Part shown: positions 39,401-45,865 of the stretch, piece after piece
Numbering within the stretch: position 1 is the stretch's first letter
Layout of the letters: every line of letters starts with the position of its first letter
NCBI GenBank assembly: GCA_025054615.1
Contig: JANWZO010000001.1
Span: forward strand, 143,499-207,498
Length of the DNA: 64,000 nt
Source of the DNA: Kiritimatiellia bacterium
Lineage (GTDB): Bacteria; Verrucomicrobiota; Kiritimatiellia; CAIVKH01
Reading direction: 5' to 3'
Program-made: the position numbers and the translations under genes
The notes under the pieces: generated by a model
Database searches by the model: none
What the model was told of the DNA's origin: nothing
Seen by the model: only the letters and a program-made list of their open reading frames with translations

Positions 39401-41595
39401 CCCGTTCCGGGCCAGACAAACGTCGCTTGGTTGTCGCTGTCGTTGGTATTGCCCAGGCTCATCGGCCCAAGTGCGCGGACCACACCCTGCGTGATGTACA
39501 GGCGCCCGGCAAATGTGTTCACACTCTCCATCACGAACCGACCGGGGCCCGACTTAATCAGAACGTTAGCGGCCGCCCCCGCAAAAATTTCGGCTGAGTT
39601 GGTCAGATTGACATTCGCAGTAATTTCAATTCCCGCCTCGGTGTTTTCAGTAAGACGAATCGATTTGGGAAGCACCGTATCGGTGGCGCCTGTGTAGCGC
39701 AGGGTGCCCCGCGCCGTGGAAGGAAACACCGAAGAACCCATTCGAATGCCCGGCGATGTCGTGCGAGAACCCAGAGGTTGAGCGGCGGAGGCTGAACTGT
39801 CGATGTAATTTACCGAAACAACGCCGCCCTGGATGTCAAGCTGGCCGGTAAAGGTGTTGTTGCCGGCCAGTATTAATGTGCCCGCGCCGTTTTTGATAAA
39901 ATTCTCAGTTGAACTGGACGAAACTACTCCACTCAGCGTCAACTCCGTTCCGCTATCGACCCCGATCGCAGACGTGATCTGGTTCGTGATATTTCCGGAG
40001 AGTGTGTTGTTGCCGCTGATGTTTCGAATCACCCCGTTGCTGCCCACGCCAAAGCCCCGCGTAATCAGCGGCTCCGGCGAATTGATATTCCCCGTCACCT
40101 CCAATGTCGCCCCCGTTCGCACATCGGTTGAGGCTGCCGTCGTGCCCAGCGCGTTGTTGTGAGAAATTCGCAACACACCGCCGCTGACGACAATCGACCC
40201 GGATAGCGCATTGTTGTTCGTAAGCGTCAGACGGCCGTCTCCCCATTTGCGAAGCGTCTGCGATCCACCCATGACGCCGGAAACCAAAAGCTCGCCGCCG
40301 CCAGCGACTTCATACGTAATCTCACGATCGAGAGTATTCGACCCACTTAGCGTGATCGTACCGCTGGTATTCGCGGCCAACAGATTCCGATTTCCAGAGC
40401 TGCTGCGCGACCGGATCTGATTGGTGACCACCAGACCCGCATCCTGCAGAATCAACATGGCATTGCTGGTACCAGAAGCCGGGCCTATATCTATGACGCC
40501 GCGCACGTGCGCAACCGTGCCGGTTAACCGCACGGTTCCCTCATCGATGTACAAGCCGGTAATATCGTTAGACGCGCCGATCCGCAATTCGCCCAATCCA
40601 GCTTTCACCAGCCCGTTGCCTGCATCGTTGGTCATGCGGCCCTCGATGTTGGCCGTATGACCGGCTGGCACCGTGATAAGCCGCTGGGCGCTATTGAAAT
40701 TGACCGGCCCGCGAAACCGGAGGGTGCCGCCCGCGCCGTTTGAGAATGTAACCGAATTCGCCAGAAGCATTTCCCCTTCAAACGTCGCCATCCCGCTAGA
40801 GAGATTTGCGATGGTCCTATTCCCAGTACCCGATCGAACATGCAACCGGTTCGACACCACCACGCCGGATGTGCCCACCTCAAGACGCGCCGGCACGGAG
40901 CCCCCATCTGCACCGACAAAAATGGTATTAGTGTGGTCGAGACCTGTCGTAACATTGTAGCGCAACGCGCCCGCCAAAATCGCCATCGTGCCGCGGTTGG
41001 TCACCGACTCCGTGATCACAACGGTTGAATTTTGCTGGATGGCGACGGTTCCCGTGCTGCCGCCCAAATTTCGGATCGTCAGCGCTCGCCCGTTAGTGCC
41101 CCACACGTTGACATTAAACCCCTGTAAATCGAGACGGATGAGCTCGAGATCACCAGTGACCGGATTGACCTCGAAGTTGTTAAAACCGGCTTGAATCGGA
41201 AACAGAAGGGCGTGGGACGAAGTGGAATTATTCTCGATCTTCGGCACATTCCCGCCAAAGTCATAAAAAATGTTGACCGTCGTGCCTGTTGCGATTCGCG
41301 CGGATGTCGCGAGAGAATCAAAAAAGATTCGGTAACGAGCCGTCGCAGTCAGATTATTGGTCGTAATCAGCTTATGATTATTGTCAAAGCGAATAATTTC
41401 ACTACCGGTTGGTGCTTCGGTATACCCTCGCCACCAGTTATTATCGACCTGCCAATTGTTACCATCCGCGGGACCTGAATCTCCGCGCCAATAGTAGGTA
41501 ACCTGACCAAAGACGACCTGCCCCGCTACCATCCATGCACATAAACTTAAAAGTGCGCTTATTGCGCGCAGGCGTATCGCACGGCATGCCCTCAT
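24415..41595 (-). CDS. Giant secreted surface protein (~5727 aa) with a PATR beta-helix region and tandem FN3/LamG-like/Ig modules
   Basis: Single uninterrupted 17.2-kb ORF. ATG at 41595 is preceded by GAGGG 7 nt upstream. Signal peptide MRACRAIRLRAISALLSLCAWMVAGQVVFGQ. The N-terminal ~900 aa is rich in G-x-L/T-x-L/I-x-G-x-N-T-x-T/S-G repeats, the PATR type. The downstream architecture is repetitive and modular (see repeat features). Confidence 0.85.
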   Translation of the reverse strand: MRACRAIRLRAISALLSLCAWMVAGQVVFGQVTYYWRGDSGPADGNNWQVDNNWWRGYTEAPTGSEIIRFDNNHKLITTNNLTATARYRIFFDSLATSARIATGTTVNIFYDFGGNVPKIENNSTSSHALLFPIQAGFNNFEVNPVTGDLELIRLDLQGFNVNVWGTNGRALTIRNLGGSTGTVAIQQNSTVVITESVTNRGTMAILAGALRYNVTTGLDHTNTIFVGADGGSVPARLEVGTSGVVVSNRLHVRSGTGNRTIANLSSGMATFEGEMLLANSVTFSNGAGGTLRFRGPVNFNSAQRLITVPAGHTANIEGRMTNDAGNGLVKAGLGELRIGASNDITGLYIDEGTVRLTGTVAHVRGVIDIGPASGTSNAMLILQDAGLVVTNQIRSRSSSGNRNLLAANTSGTITLSGSNTLDREITYEVAGGGELLVSGVMGGSQTLRKWGDGRLTLTNNNALSGSIVVSGGVLRISHNNALGTTAASTDVRTGATLEVTGNINSPEPLITRGFGVGSNGVIRNISGNNTLSGNITNQITSAIGVDSGTELTLSGVVSSSSTENFIKNGAGTLILAGNNTFTGQLDIQGGVVSVNYIDSSASAAQPLGSRTTSPGIRMGSSVFPSTARGTLRYTGATDTVLPKSIRLTENTEAGIEITANVNLTNSAEIFAGAAANVLIKSGPGRFVMESVNTFAGRLYITQGVVRALGPMSLGNTNDSDNQATFVWPGTGMEAALEVAGGFTLGERIYLAGAGINSGGALRNISGDNTLTGRIFFSSATRISSDAGRLHVSNSTAITSAFGLTLAGAGEVEWNTPLNIGANPLIKDGTGTATVHSINTYSGSTTISNGVLVVRGSSANSAHTIMGVGTLRGTGTVGALTVFGLVDPGNTIGDRANLNSGNLTLQTNGGMRVDISNVSGTPGTEWDQIVVGSGSGSVTVNSTVDNPFVIYLHGNPTGWDSSTNYSWRIVNAGSISGFATNRFVVNTTGFSPSLGGGAFSVTNSGGNLFLVFTSGGLAGDVEVYGNNTLIVNGDTTPSFADHTLFGDVVTDGGTFQRVFTITNSGTAAIGLGGISFSGGHSSDFTVINQPPATLPAGGSTNITIEFDPSADGERWTDLTFTNTVAGKSPYTFRIAGTGVTYNLDVLGNGQVIADGDSTPSTADHTDFGLVGVSGATLTRTFTITNTGNRPLAISNVVIVGTHASDFTVVTQPPTQIAAGATATFQVQFDPSAIGLRTAEVLFTNSSSTGKNPYNFAIQGTGAGSGISNHPGTIAFTSMLGSLPSPSFQSFSVSNIGLETLTYSFATNASWLSVSNTANTAAPGAGNIHTVHVQLIAGLQAGVSNATITVTGDSFTTNSPQTISVTWTITNIPNPSAQSAVADGPQMVRLSWTKHPSFDVLIVYRNGAAPAAPAQGTSYNAGDTIGGSSLVIYKGAGSALEHVVPAGSTNFYAFYSINNNYYSPGVSAGATTPVFQVLITDQASYTNGVSLTGLNGGVGWGGAWGSGGGSWIVTNGSLEVPSGHPGAAANALYVPAPAANVDVTRNRPFGAAYSTGRLYLAYTFRAGAVGTGRYLGLQLTSNGAGRLYYGLRGGQTVLGVEESVSFGGQNSSYVINTGTGDIYTVVGRYDFATREMNILGYFKTTTIPAIEPATWDASYTVPAANAPGSIDGLSINMGGFGGLSLGNTWLDEIRVAQSWGQLWERMTMGVGPTSIVINTFIGGTATSGIFVVTNLGYATLHVTNTVSYGAGLSGWLSISPVTAAVGAAQTRVFTGAVVAAGVTNTGTFIATNTVSANAENSPIRVVYTLNVSNLPPVASASATPDGPQMVRLAWSNHPGLEVMVVHRYNAPPAAPAQGVYYSAGDEIVPGSFVAFRGAATSLEHVVNAASLNYYAIYSANGAFYSTGVLVSAVTPPFRSPVVEQASYTNGMTYLAGLNGGTGWNGAWNLSTWVVTNGSLPVPTRHPGPAANMFRLLPDSTTNAIWTRNIEADYIFNTGTVYLAYTFRTESFGPNRRVGMTIRDFYLGRGVFFGVAPGTYQFGIFAEQTWAGVTSSVSTGTGTGDVYTVVGRYNITSRVASLYAYHWTDTIPLSEPATWHATFTNPVANAPVDIDQLQIYLEGIGGVSVSNTAVDEIFYAPSWDQLWGFGGIGVAPTSIVWNVVWGGSPTASTFVVTNIGRANLFATNTLSYGNGLSGWVSLSHTSMVVYTSSAQVVTASLNMASVTNVGTFVATNRIAGHATNGPVDVVITLNVYPAPPSNLTAVADGPQMVRLNWNNHSNFNVMLVYRNGAAPAAPVQGTAYNPGDTIGGSSLVIYKGPATSLEHVVPALSTNFYALYSVSSNNFYSTAVSASTNTPGFDVLIIDQFSYTNGVPLGLLNGGTGWGGAWSSTSSLAGAYHITNVTLAYPTNHPGGRGNSLFLPAPGTNGTAIRSRPFGYTFSTGRIYLAYTFRLQTVGSLRYAGVHLMSGTNRILYYGVPGGSSHLGVQESITHSGSISTYFVTTGTNDIHTVVGRYNFETREMAILGIYRTGTIPFTEPALWSTNYIVPAAYAPSFIDGFAFSVGAYSGGVQSNAWFDEIRVARNWCQLWAFTGAPAIAVSPTSMSFSAMLGDNVSITQQLTIINTGFTNLIWSISTNYGAGLQNWLAIAPGAGTNPACDQTTINVVLQGGSLTNAGTFVATNVISGNATNGPISVPVTITVSNIPPPSFLSAIPDGPEFIRLAWSSALPVLLVYRQDSAPTADPVNGTSYSIGSTIGGGTVIYTGTLQSLEHAVRTNATHHYRIYAVNNNYYSTPTAASTNTPPYVDSVIVDPFPYTNSVLINYVAQHRGIGFTGNWFAITSTNNFLGHSQSLPAPLNYPTNGANKLWVFDPGVGEVAELYRPFPATSTGRIYVAFLLQMQSNNLLNFAGVHLAQGNTPYLFVGKGGGTTNLRVESIQAGYAGASSAYYVSTGTNNTHAVLGRYDFATRELSVIGVYQSSSIPTGEPITWDATYIVPAVHAPTYIDGIRLISGATNPSGVGHVYFDEVRIAPTYEDLFNLRPPHATNYLVGATNGITDAALRTGSYPVQLWLYSLFGMTNSATNPDYDFLNPLGTIVINDQPFTNFLYSDAGRSLQSSNHVQPAVAYNDVVLGVYTMRWSAATSNGVWRYNHVTLSNGTVQTFVVFDDDTNPPVANTIQSPHSSASHFMHVSSNNNAVGSVGGSSGTNITYILFDHYLANVIAPTSPLTFFFGASDAGSGLSRGVGADPLYHSHLSIGSAIVSNTANWDPVLSTHFTNTTTASTNAWTFTNAFSASVVSALVNNTAFGLGTNPVVLTWRDADDDRPGDQLSHPGQQHGLLVVRDDDTTPPEFSFFGIRGVTGVNTVRVDELQYGFGWWITGRVRDVESGVNVNGTSTNTPNNSPYFQLIDPTGTVRLTKVFDFLQFTDGGALVFTDGTVSNGAVAIPSVTTNDTGIWTARVVVADNDNDWGIHDQLVATNDIPFTVIVGPNLAGLAIAPAIHSVTSTFGVITAPSPWPNTFATNVGNGALIYSLQTVFVGPSGWLTVSPASNIILLGNGAVTSHTYTVDPSMLAPGVYTARVLFVGNQTNGTRTNIVALRVFGYQPGEIVDQFTNSSGSLENMIGGTGWTNAWNNNPDVGFSIDPGNLYVPTNYPAAAGNKACGNTAGTELQAFRYFNPFTTGKIFMAVAVRKTDGNADGFNGISFMSNAAEVAFAGKVFNNANFGIDLGPNGGMKLSSFGVNGVGDPGYFYVGMYDFNSNRFYGFALYGGALPLTEPNWYVTGTPTVAIGMINGIRVAAKDEGNFCFDEIRVASSWPGLLNQFTNEPNVHASGMHFYNVSTTSMTAGWIPGNGAYRIVVARESAPVTFVPTDGVSYASSANFTNAPDFGGNRIIYNGIGTNVHVTGLNPETLYHFAVFEYNMGGTPSPNYYTAPGFATGQQWTLSLEPFGNATNLMAYPDSPYSISNTWTIASGTPAPSGYLLLYGTNPVTALPQDGVGYTNGQLVGGFTAFIATPGTVSNALHTNLLTCTLYHFRIFSFRWNGSAPQTYNYFTSTVVTASAETLCAQPTLQASNIVFQSVGTSRVELCFSPGNGQGRVVVVRGTNAVNQFPVDGTSYTASTNFGSGSHLGDGNFVVSVGTATCVEVVGLAPGVTWHFRVFEYNGAGSGIDYLTVTASNNPRSVATLAQGIIYEGFDYGSFVNLSGLSGGTGWTNAWITTGGLVETGPGNFPQFGNYPPDYPAPTRSGFIDLGNTSEDTSGQRAARRNFAPFTSGKFVMGFKINNNHTLVGTNYLGVNLLNGSAVTAFVGKAYGVEQRRLSIQYGSQIRTNRLDGTNPGYEINAGVDYLIVLEYDFEQDTLKARAYTTNQLMHAVPEKEAAWIVEMTNVVIEKIDGIQLVASDNNQIVTFDSIRITPSWEETTWGVPQGWHDDYGPLPALVYIGTNYGPSVYNLVVTNLSDAELASTNLIDFAVRWEARLGGLFLTNTVATNLNIGSHQARVNPNWDPLAIGAATNPFNLDKVFEGYIGYNGFASVTTFHKAAFNVTNLDFTVNYFVTVSGENAPAGAPTVPAALGPSWAVVPTNRAMTINWPLQFYAYDDDTNAPLLGAKPLRVFTNSLIAPAQTVGSLDRYFIEDGVLTGAGMRVMVNIYDQHSGLQRSPHGPASTNATLSIPFVATNNFADYEASWSSAIGTNANATSTWSFAASLFTWQRVSDMWGGDGSGAQGQDLAVTVTMPDNDADRVNDQMIASNLLAGYIRLIDDDTDGPLMADIIYTGSVARPFFILTNLFPLGSGDTEIRGTYPRREGTSTNSTFAVTDEELALSGSKGLQFAFGAMDLGSGIRRATSGGTNDGINFEIRLTTPIVTNTIIGWNASLSTSNNAPGVVQTNIFSFTNGFFTESQINQLINNTLFTMAKRSLVRVNLQDSDNDRTNDVSINAALSYGWIRVYDDDVKGPSMTSLQVDNSFSDEAVLFTSFETSEGWPAFLASGTLWTNVVTNGLGTGVWFGTTYVNLGDAAGGVRKGGFAATGVGQYLQTPARTDVGKVMVDARLSSTGAVRHLELLFWDGTNWASAGTNEVDSADYQSEVWNIDWPGITTLRLVRVGTDGSPGIYIDNFIVLQSGFLADTNSLGWTNLTSVTIRWDHATDDYHGIDEYRIVAPAIGTTPPTATNHGFNVPGNQTSQVVSLLHQQGTITGFIFAIDNDLDRPSASSQDRAMGSVVAFRLRIDTNPPLPVANATNVTDDPLVDETTEIKVQWTPGHTNSHIAAGWRTSDNTPLSPWDTYIITVHELDGSFNPISTTVITKAQIPNLGSNNTSSIIISNLNFDALHRVRIRARDAAGNLSPEVVVTGLTVNFQVTQGISRVFSPGTNGVRLAWIASTNRVYDELFVDALNFSDSLSNAWKWLDRITNNVAGGNMLIDEGGFSPTNHYRVPPEELGATMRFYRVSLQDAWQPTNALRRGSREVYVTKPIRLVPGENWYGTFFVPDTATVAYVFGTNRVPAGTTYATATKIHWFSPQRGTGSYNFVTNTVGLYGGSSGGTWLRWTGDWGAVANDMVFPTHQGFMIELPVGSPTIHLPIVGRVMTQQQVIAIQGASGSGSNLFHVLNWNYPIHVSLTGALFRGSGMVGHNFVAFADEIRILSVSNGIASLTHPRVRWHLRSDGTTWNLAAYNTNEFSSPPTVANFRIRPDDVVIIIRRNPGMMYWTNRLYYSIPGKNFNP
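28329..30771 (-). repeat. Two additional diverged LamG/ConA-like domain copies plus FN3 pairs in the C-terminal half of the giant protein
   Basis: aa 3623-3840 (EIVDQFTNSSGSLENMIGGTGWTNAW...FDEIRVASSWPGL) and aa 4207-4437 (IIYEGFDYGSFVNLSGLSGGTGWTNAW...FDSIRITPSW). FN3-like domains at aa ~3850-3950 and ~4090-4190 (..YHFAVFEYN.. and ..WHFRVFEYN..). Confidence 0.6.
32472..37485 (-). repeat. Four tandem ~1.33-kb intragenic repeats, each encoding a ~442-aa module (FN3-like, LamG/ConA-like, Ig-like)
   Basis: Module starts at aa ~1385, 1827, 2268 and 2717 (nt ~37485, 36159, 34836, 33489). The modules share blocks such as ADGPQMVRL(S/A/N)W, YRNGAAPAAPxQGT.YN.GDTIGGSSLVIYKG, TGR(L/I)YLAYTFR, TVVGRY(D/N)F.TREM.ILG and DEIRVA..W.QLW. 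Confidence 0.85.
38640..41340 (-). repeat. PATR-like beta-strand repeat region (protein-level repeats; aa ~100-1000 of the giant protein)
   Basis: Recurrent units such as GAGTLILAGNNTFTGQLDIQGG, GDGRLTLTNNNALSGSIVVSGGVLRI and GGALRNISGDNTLTGRIFF. Confidence 0.6.
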
Positions 41596-42054
41596 CACAA
41601 AACCCTCGTTTAGCGCTTTACGATCCGCTTCCAACAAGCCCTGCCCATCAAGAATCTGTTAGAGAAATAACACAAAAATATTTGGACTGTAAACACCGTA
41701 CATCCATTTTCTATCGCATGGAAGGAGCCGGGGGGCGGTTCGCATTGGGTGCATTTATGAATTTGTCCAGCCCAACGGACCGTGCAGATCGCTGCAAGGA
41801 GGAACTACCAGCCGGAACCCGCCTCTTGGCCGGAGAGACCGACCGTCCTACGGATTCAGCCACCTTTTCGACAGATTCTGAAAATTCCAAGCGATGGAAC
41901 GGAGCGGACGGCAACTTTACAGACGATGGAAACATTCCCGTCCGGTACGAGCCGCTGCCCGCCACCGGTTACGATGGACTGCTGCACCTCTTCCTTTTAC
42001 CGGCCGGAACAGCGAGCCGTCAGGCTCTGGCACGGAAGGGCGAACCCCACCCGC

Positions 42055-44667
42055 TCAGGCGACCCGGAATGCGAGGTCGCCGCCGGGACCGACATCAGCG
42101 ATGACCCGGCTGCCCTCGGCAATGCGACCGTCGAGTATTTCCAACGCCAACGCGTCCAATACCTTGCGCTGAATCACACGCTTCAGCGGACGCGCGCCGA
42201 ATACGGGATCGTAGCCCTCGCGGGCCAGCAACTGCTTGGCTGCCGGAGTCAGCTCCAGTTCGATCTTCTGTTCCTCCAAATGCTTGCGCAACCGCGCAAG
42301 CTGGATATCCACGATTTCGGCGATCTGCTCCCGGGTGAGGCTGTGGAAAATGATGATTTCATCGATCCGGTTAAGGAACTCGGGCCGGAAGGAGGCGCGC
42401 AAGACTTCGTGGACCCGGGCTTCCATTTGCTCGTACGCCGGATCCTCCGGTTTGAGATCGGGGTGCTGCTGAAGCGTTTCCTGAATGATGGAGCCGCCAA
42501 GGTTGGAGGTCATAATGATGAGCGTATTCCGGAAATCGACTGTTCGGCCCTGCCCGTCGGTCAGCCGTCCATCGTCCAGAATTTGAAGGAGCACGTTGAA
42601 GACGTCCGGATGGGCCTTTTCGATCTCGTCAAAGAGCACGACGGAATAAGGTTTCCGCCGCACGTGTTCGGTCAGGTATCCGCCTTCCTCGTATCCCACA
42701 TAGCCGGGCGGCGCGCCGATGAGCCGACTGACCGAGTGTTTCTCCATGAATTCGGACATGTCGATCCGGACCATGGCGTGTTCGTCGTCGAACAGGAATT
42801 CCGCAAGCGCCCGGGCCAGCTCGGTCTTGCCGACCCCCGTGGGGCCGAGGAAGATGAACGAGCCGAGCGGGCGATTGGGGTCCTGCAGGCCGGACCGTGA
42901 ACGCCGGACGGCCCGTGAAACGGCGGAAACTGCCTCTTCCTGTCCCACCACCCGGCGGCGCAGGCGCTCCTCCATGTGTAACAATTTCTGTTTTTCAGTC
43001 TCGAGTAATCGGCTGACGGGAATGCGGGTCCAAAGAGACACAACCGTCGCAATGTCTTCAGCATCCACCTCCTCCTTGAGCATCCGCCGGTCCTTTTGAA
43101 GCTCGGCCAGCTTCGCCTGGGCCTCTTTGATCTGACGCTCCACACTAGGAATTTTCCCGTAGAGGATCTCCGCTGCTTTGCCAAGGTCATTGGCGCGCTT
43201 TGCGGCCTCTTCTTCGCCGCGAAGGAGCTCCAACGACTGGGTCAGGGATCGAATTTGTCCGATGAGTTCCTTCTCCTTTTCCCAATGGAGCATCATGCCG
43301 GATAGCTCCTCCTTCAACCGCGCGCGCTCGGCGTCGAGCTTCTCGAGGCGCTCCCGGGAAGCATCATCCTTCTCCTTTCGGAGAGCCTCTCGTTCGATAT
43401 CAAGCTGGAGGAGCTTGCGGCGAACCTCGTCAATCTCGACCGGCATACTGTCGATTTCCATTCGCAATCGGCTGGCCGCCTCGTCGACGAGGTCGATCGC
43501 CTTGTCCGGCAGGAACCGGTCGCTGATATAGCGGTGCGACAACGTAGCCGCGGCGACGAGGGCCGCGTCCTGAATCCGAACGCCATGGTGCGCCTCGTAG
43601 CGCTCGCGGAGGCCGCGGAGTATGGCAATCGTGTCTTCGACGCTGGGCTCGTTGACCAAAATCGGCTGGAACCGGCGCTCAAGAGCCGGATCTTTCTCGA
43701 TGTATTTCCGGTACTCGTCCAGCGTCGTTGCGCCGACGCAACGCAATTCCCCACGGGCCAGTGGCGGCTTGATCATATTCGAGGCGTCCACCGCGCCCTC
43801 GGCCTTGCCCGCTCCGACGAGCGTGTGCAGCTCATCGATAAACAGGATGATGCCGCCCGCAGCGTCCAGCACCTCCTTGATAAACGCTTTGAAGCGGTCT
43901 TCGAATTCTCCGCGGTATTTCGCGCCGGCTAGCATCGCGCCGAGGTCCATCGCGATGATTCGCTTGTTTTTGAGGCTTTCCGGGACGTCGCCAGCCACAA
44001 TTCGCTGCGCCAATCCCTCGGCGATCGCGGTCTTGCCCACGCCCGGCTCACCGATCAGGACGGGGTTATTCTTCGTCCGGCGAGACAGCACCTGAATCAC
44101 GCGCCGGATTTCCGTATCGCGCCCGATGACTGGATCCAGTTTGCCCTGGCGAGCTGCCTCTGTCAGGTCGCGGCCGTATTTCTTGAGTGCTTCATATTTG
44201 TCTTCGGGGTTTTGGTCCGTCACGCGCTGGCTGCCGCGAACGGCTTGCAGCGCCTTCAGTGCCGAGTCGTGAGTGACGCCCGCCGACTTGGCCAGACGCG
44301 CAAACGCCGAATCATTGGCGTCCAGGGCAGCGAGAAAAAGGTGCTCCGTGCTGACATAATCATCCTTCATCTGGGCCGCGAGGGCGAAAGCCCGCTGCAA
44401 AAGTTCTCGAAACCCGCGAGAGGGGTATCGGTCGATTGCGCCCTCAACTGTCGGCCGCTTCCTGAGTTCCTGATCCAACTGGGCGCGCAAACTGTCGGGC
44501 TTAGCGCCCAGCCGCTCCAGGAGTGGGCGGACAACGCCTTCAGGCTGTTCAAGAAGGGCCGACACCAAGTGGTCGACGTCCACTTCCGGGTGCCGCCACT
44601 CGTCAGCAATGCGCTGTGCGGCCTGCACAGCCTCCTGAGACTTAATGGTCAATTTGTCCAGTTGCAT
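42055..44667 (-). CDS. clpB: ATP-dependent chaperone ClpB
   Basis: 870 aa with the Clp N domain, two AAA+ modules (GEPGVGKT; GPTGVGKT) and a long middle coiled-coil. Confidence 0.95.
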   Translation of the reverse strand: MQLDKLTIKSQEAVQAAQRIADEWRHPEVDVDHLVSALLEQPEGVVRPLLERLGAKPDSLRAQLDQELRKRPTVEGAIDRYPSRGFRELLQRAFALAAQMKDDYVSTEHLFLAALDANDSAFARLAKSAGVTHDSALKALQAVRGSQRVTDQNPEDKYEALKKYGRDLTEAARQGKLDPVIGRDTEIRRVIQVLSRRTKNNPVLIGEPGVGKTAIAEGLAQRIVAGDVPESLKNKRIIAMDLGAMLAGAKYRGEFEDRFKAFIKEVLDAAGGIILFIDELHTLVGAGKAEGAVDASNMIKPPLARGELRCVGATTLDEYRKYIEKDPALERRFQPILVNEPSVEDTIAILRGLRERYEAHHGVRIQDAALVAAATLSHRYISDRFLPDKAIDLVDEAASRLRMEIDSMPVEIDEVRRKLLQLDIEREALRKEKDDASRERLEKLDAERARLKEELSGMMLHWEKEKELIGQIRSLTQSLELLRGEEEAAKRANDLGKAAEILYGKIPSVERQIKEAQAKLAELQKDRRMLKEEVDAEDIATVVSLWTRIPVSRLLETEKQKLLHMEERLRRRVVGQEEAVSAVSRAVRRSRSGLQDPNRPLGSFIFLGPTGVGKTELARALAEFLFDDEHAMVRIDMSEFMEKHSVSRLIGAPPGYVGYEEGGYLTEHVRRKPYSVVLFDEIEKAHPDVFNVLLQILDDGRLTDGQGRTVDFRNTLIIMTSNLGGSIIQETLQQHPDLKPEDPAYEQMEARVHEVLRASFRPEFLNRIDEIIIFHSLTREQIAEIVDIQLARLRKHLEEQKIELELTPAAKQLLAREGYDPVFGARPLKRVIQRKVLDALALEILDGRIAEGSRVIADVGPGGDLAFRVA

Positions 44668-44811
44668 GACTGTCGCTCCCGGCGCCCATTGTGCGCCAAA
44701 TTGTCTCTAAAAATACTACACGTAATTCTCACAAGCATTTGAAGATCAGATAGATTCGTAATATCCATCCGACCCTAAGTTTTTAGAGCAATCGGCGTGC
44801 CAATAGCCGGA

Positions 44812-45849
44812 TCAAACCAGCTTGGCTTCAAGAGCTTGAAGGCGTTTTTCGAGGGCGAGGAGGCGCTCGCGGAGCTCGGGCAGGCGGGCGAGCGCGGCGT
44901 GCTGGCGCGCCGCCTCCTTTTGAGGCGTTGCGGGGAAACCGATTACGTATGCTCCCGGCGGAATGTCTTTCGTCACGCCGGCCTGAGCGCCGATGATGGC
45001 CCCTTCTCCGATGGTCAAATGGCCCGCAATCCCCGCCTGGCCCGCGAGGATCGCCTTGGAGCCGATGCGCGTGCTGCCTGCGATCCCAACCTGCGCGACG
45101 ATAACGGCGTGGTCACCAATTACGACATTGTGAGCGATCTGGACGAGGTTGTCGATTTTCACGCCATTTCCGATGCGCGTCTTCCCGAATCGCGCGCGGT
45201 CGACGGTCACATTCGCGCCGATTTCCACGTCATCCCCGATGACCACAATGCCAATTTGCGGTTGTTTCGTCCGAGTGCCATCAGGGTTGACGTCGTATCC
45301 AAATCCATCGCTGCCGATCACGGTGCCATTGTGAAGCCAGACGCGGTTGCCGATGACGCAGTACTCGCGGATCGAAACATGCGGGTAGAGTCGGCAGTCC
45401 GCGCCGATCCTAACTCCTTGCCCGATGAAGCACTGTGCGCCAACGATCGTGCGGGGACCGATTTCCGCACCCGACTCGATGACGGCAAGAGGGCCGACAT
45501 GGACCCCTTCGCCCAACCTGGCATCGGGACTGACTACCGCCGAAGGGTGGATGCCCGGCGGGTAGGCCGGTTCCGGTCCGGCAAACCAGCGGGCCACCTC
45601 GGCAAAGGCACGCTCAGGTTTGTCAACCTTGATCAATGGACAGGGCGCCGGCGCGGCCCAATCCTTGGCTACGATCAGGGCGGATGCGCGCGTCACGGCC
45701 GCATCCGCTGCGTAGCGCTGCTGTGACACGAACGCGATCTCGCCGGGACCGGCGTCCCGCACGCCAGCGACGCCCCGGATAACAGCCGAGCCGTCTCCGA
45801 CCCATTCAGCGCCGAGTCTTTGCGCAATTTCGCTGACGGCCAGCTCCAT
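44812..45849 (-). CDS. lpxD: UDP-3-O-acylglucosamine N-acyltransferase
   Basis: 345 aa with an N-terminal LpxD domain and a left-handed beta-helix of hexapeptide repeats. Sits in the lpxD-skp-bamA cluster. Confidence 0.9.
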   Translation of the reverse strand: MELAVSEIAQRLGAEWVGDGSAVIRGVAGVRDAGPGEIAFVSQQRYAADAAVTRASALIVAKDWAAPAPCPLIKVDKPERAFAEVARWFAGPEPAYPPGIHPSAVVSPDARLGEGVHVGPLAVIESGAEIGPRTIVGAQCFIGQGVRIGADCRLYPHVSIREYCVIGNRVWLHNGTVIGSDGFGYDVNPDGTRTKQPQIGIVVIGDDVEIGANVTVDRARFGKTRIGNGVKIDNLVQIAHNVVIGDHAVIVAQVGIAGSTRIGSKAILAGQAGIAGHLTIGEGAIIGAQAGVTKDIPPGAYVIGFPATPQKEAARQHAALARLPELRERLLALEKRLQALEAKLV

Positions 45850-45865
45850 GAGTTGGCAACGGGCC

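Noticed and set aside
24458-41478. Dozens of 60-250-aa ORFs on both strands inside the giant gene
   Set aside because: All lie within a single coherent 17-kb reading frame with repeated, domain-like protein sequence. The alternative-frame ORFs are by-products of the repetitive GC-rich coding sequence.
41782-42900. 372-aa plus-strand ORF overlapping clpB and the clpB-giant gene spacer
   Set aside because: It is antisense to ClpB with no motifs. It is spurious.
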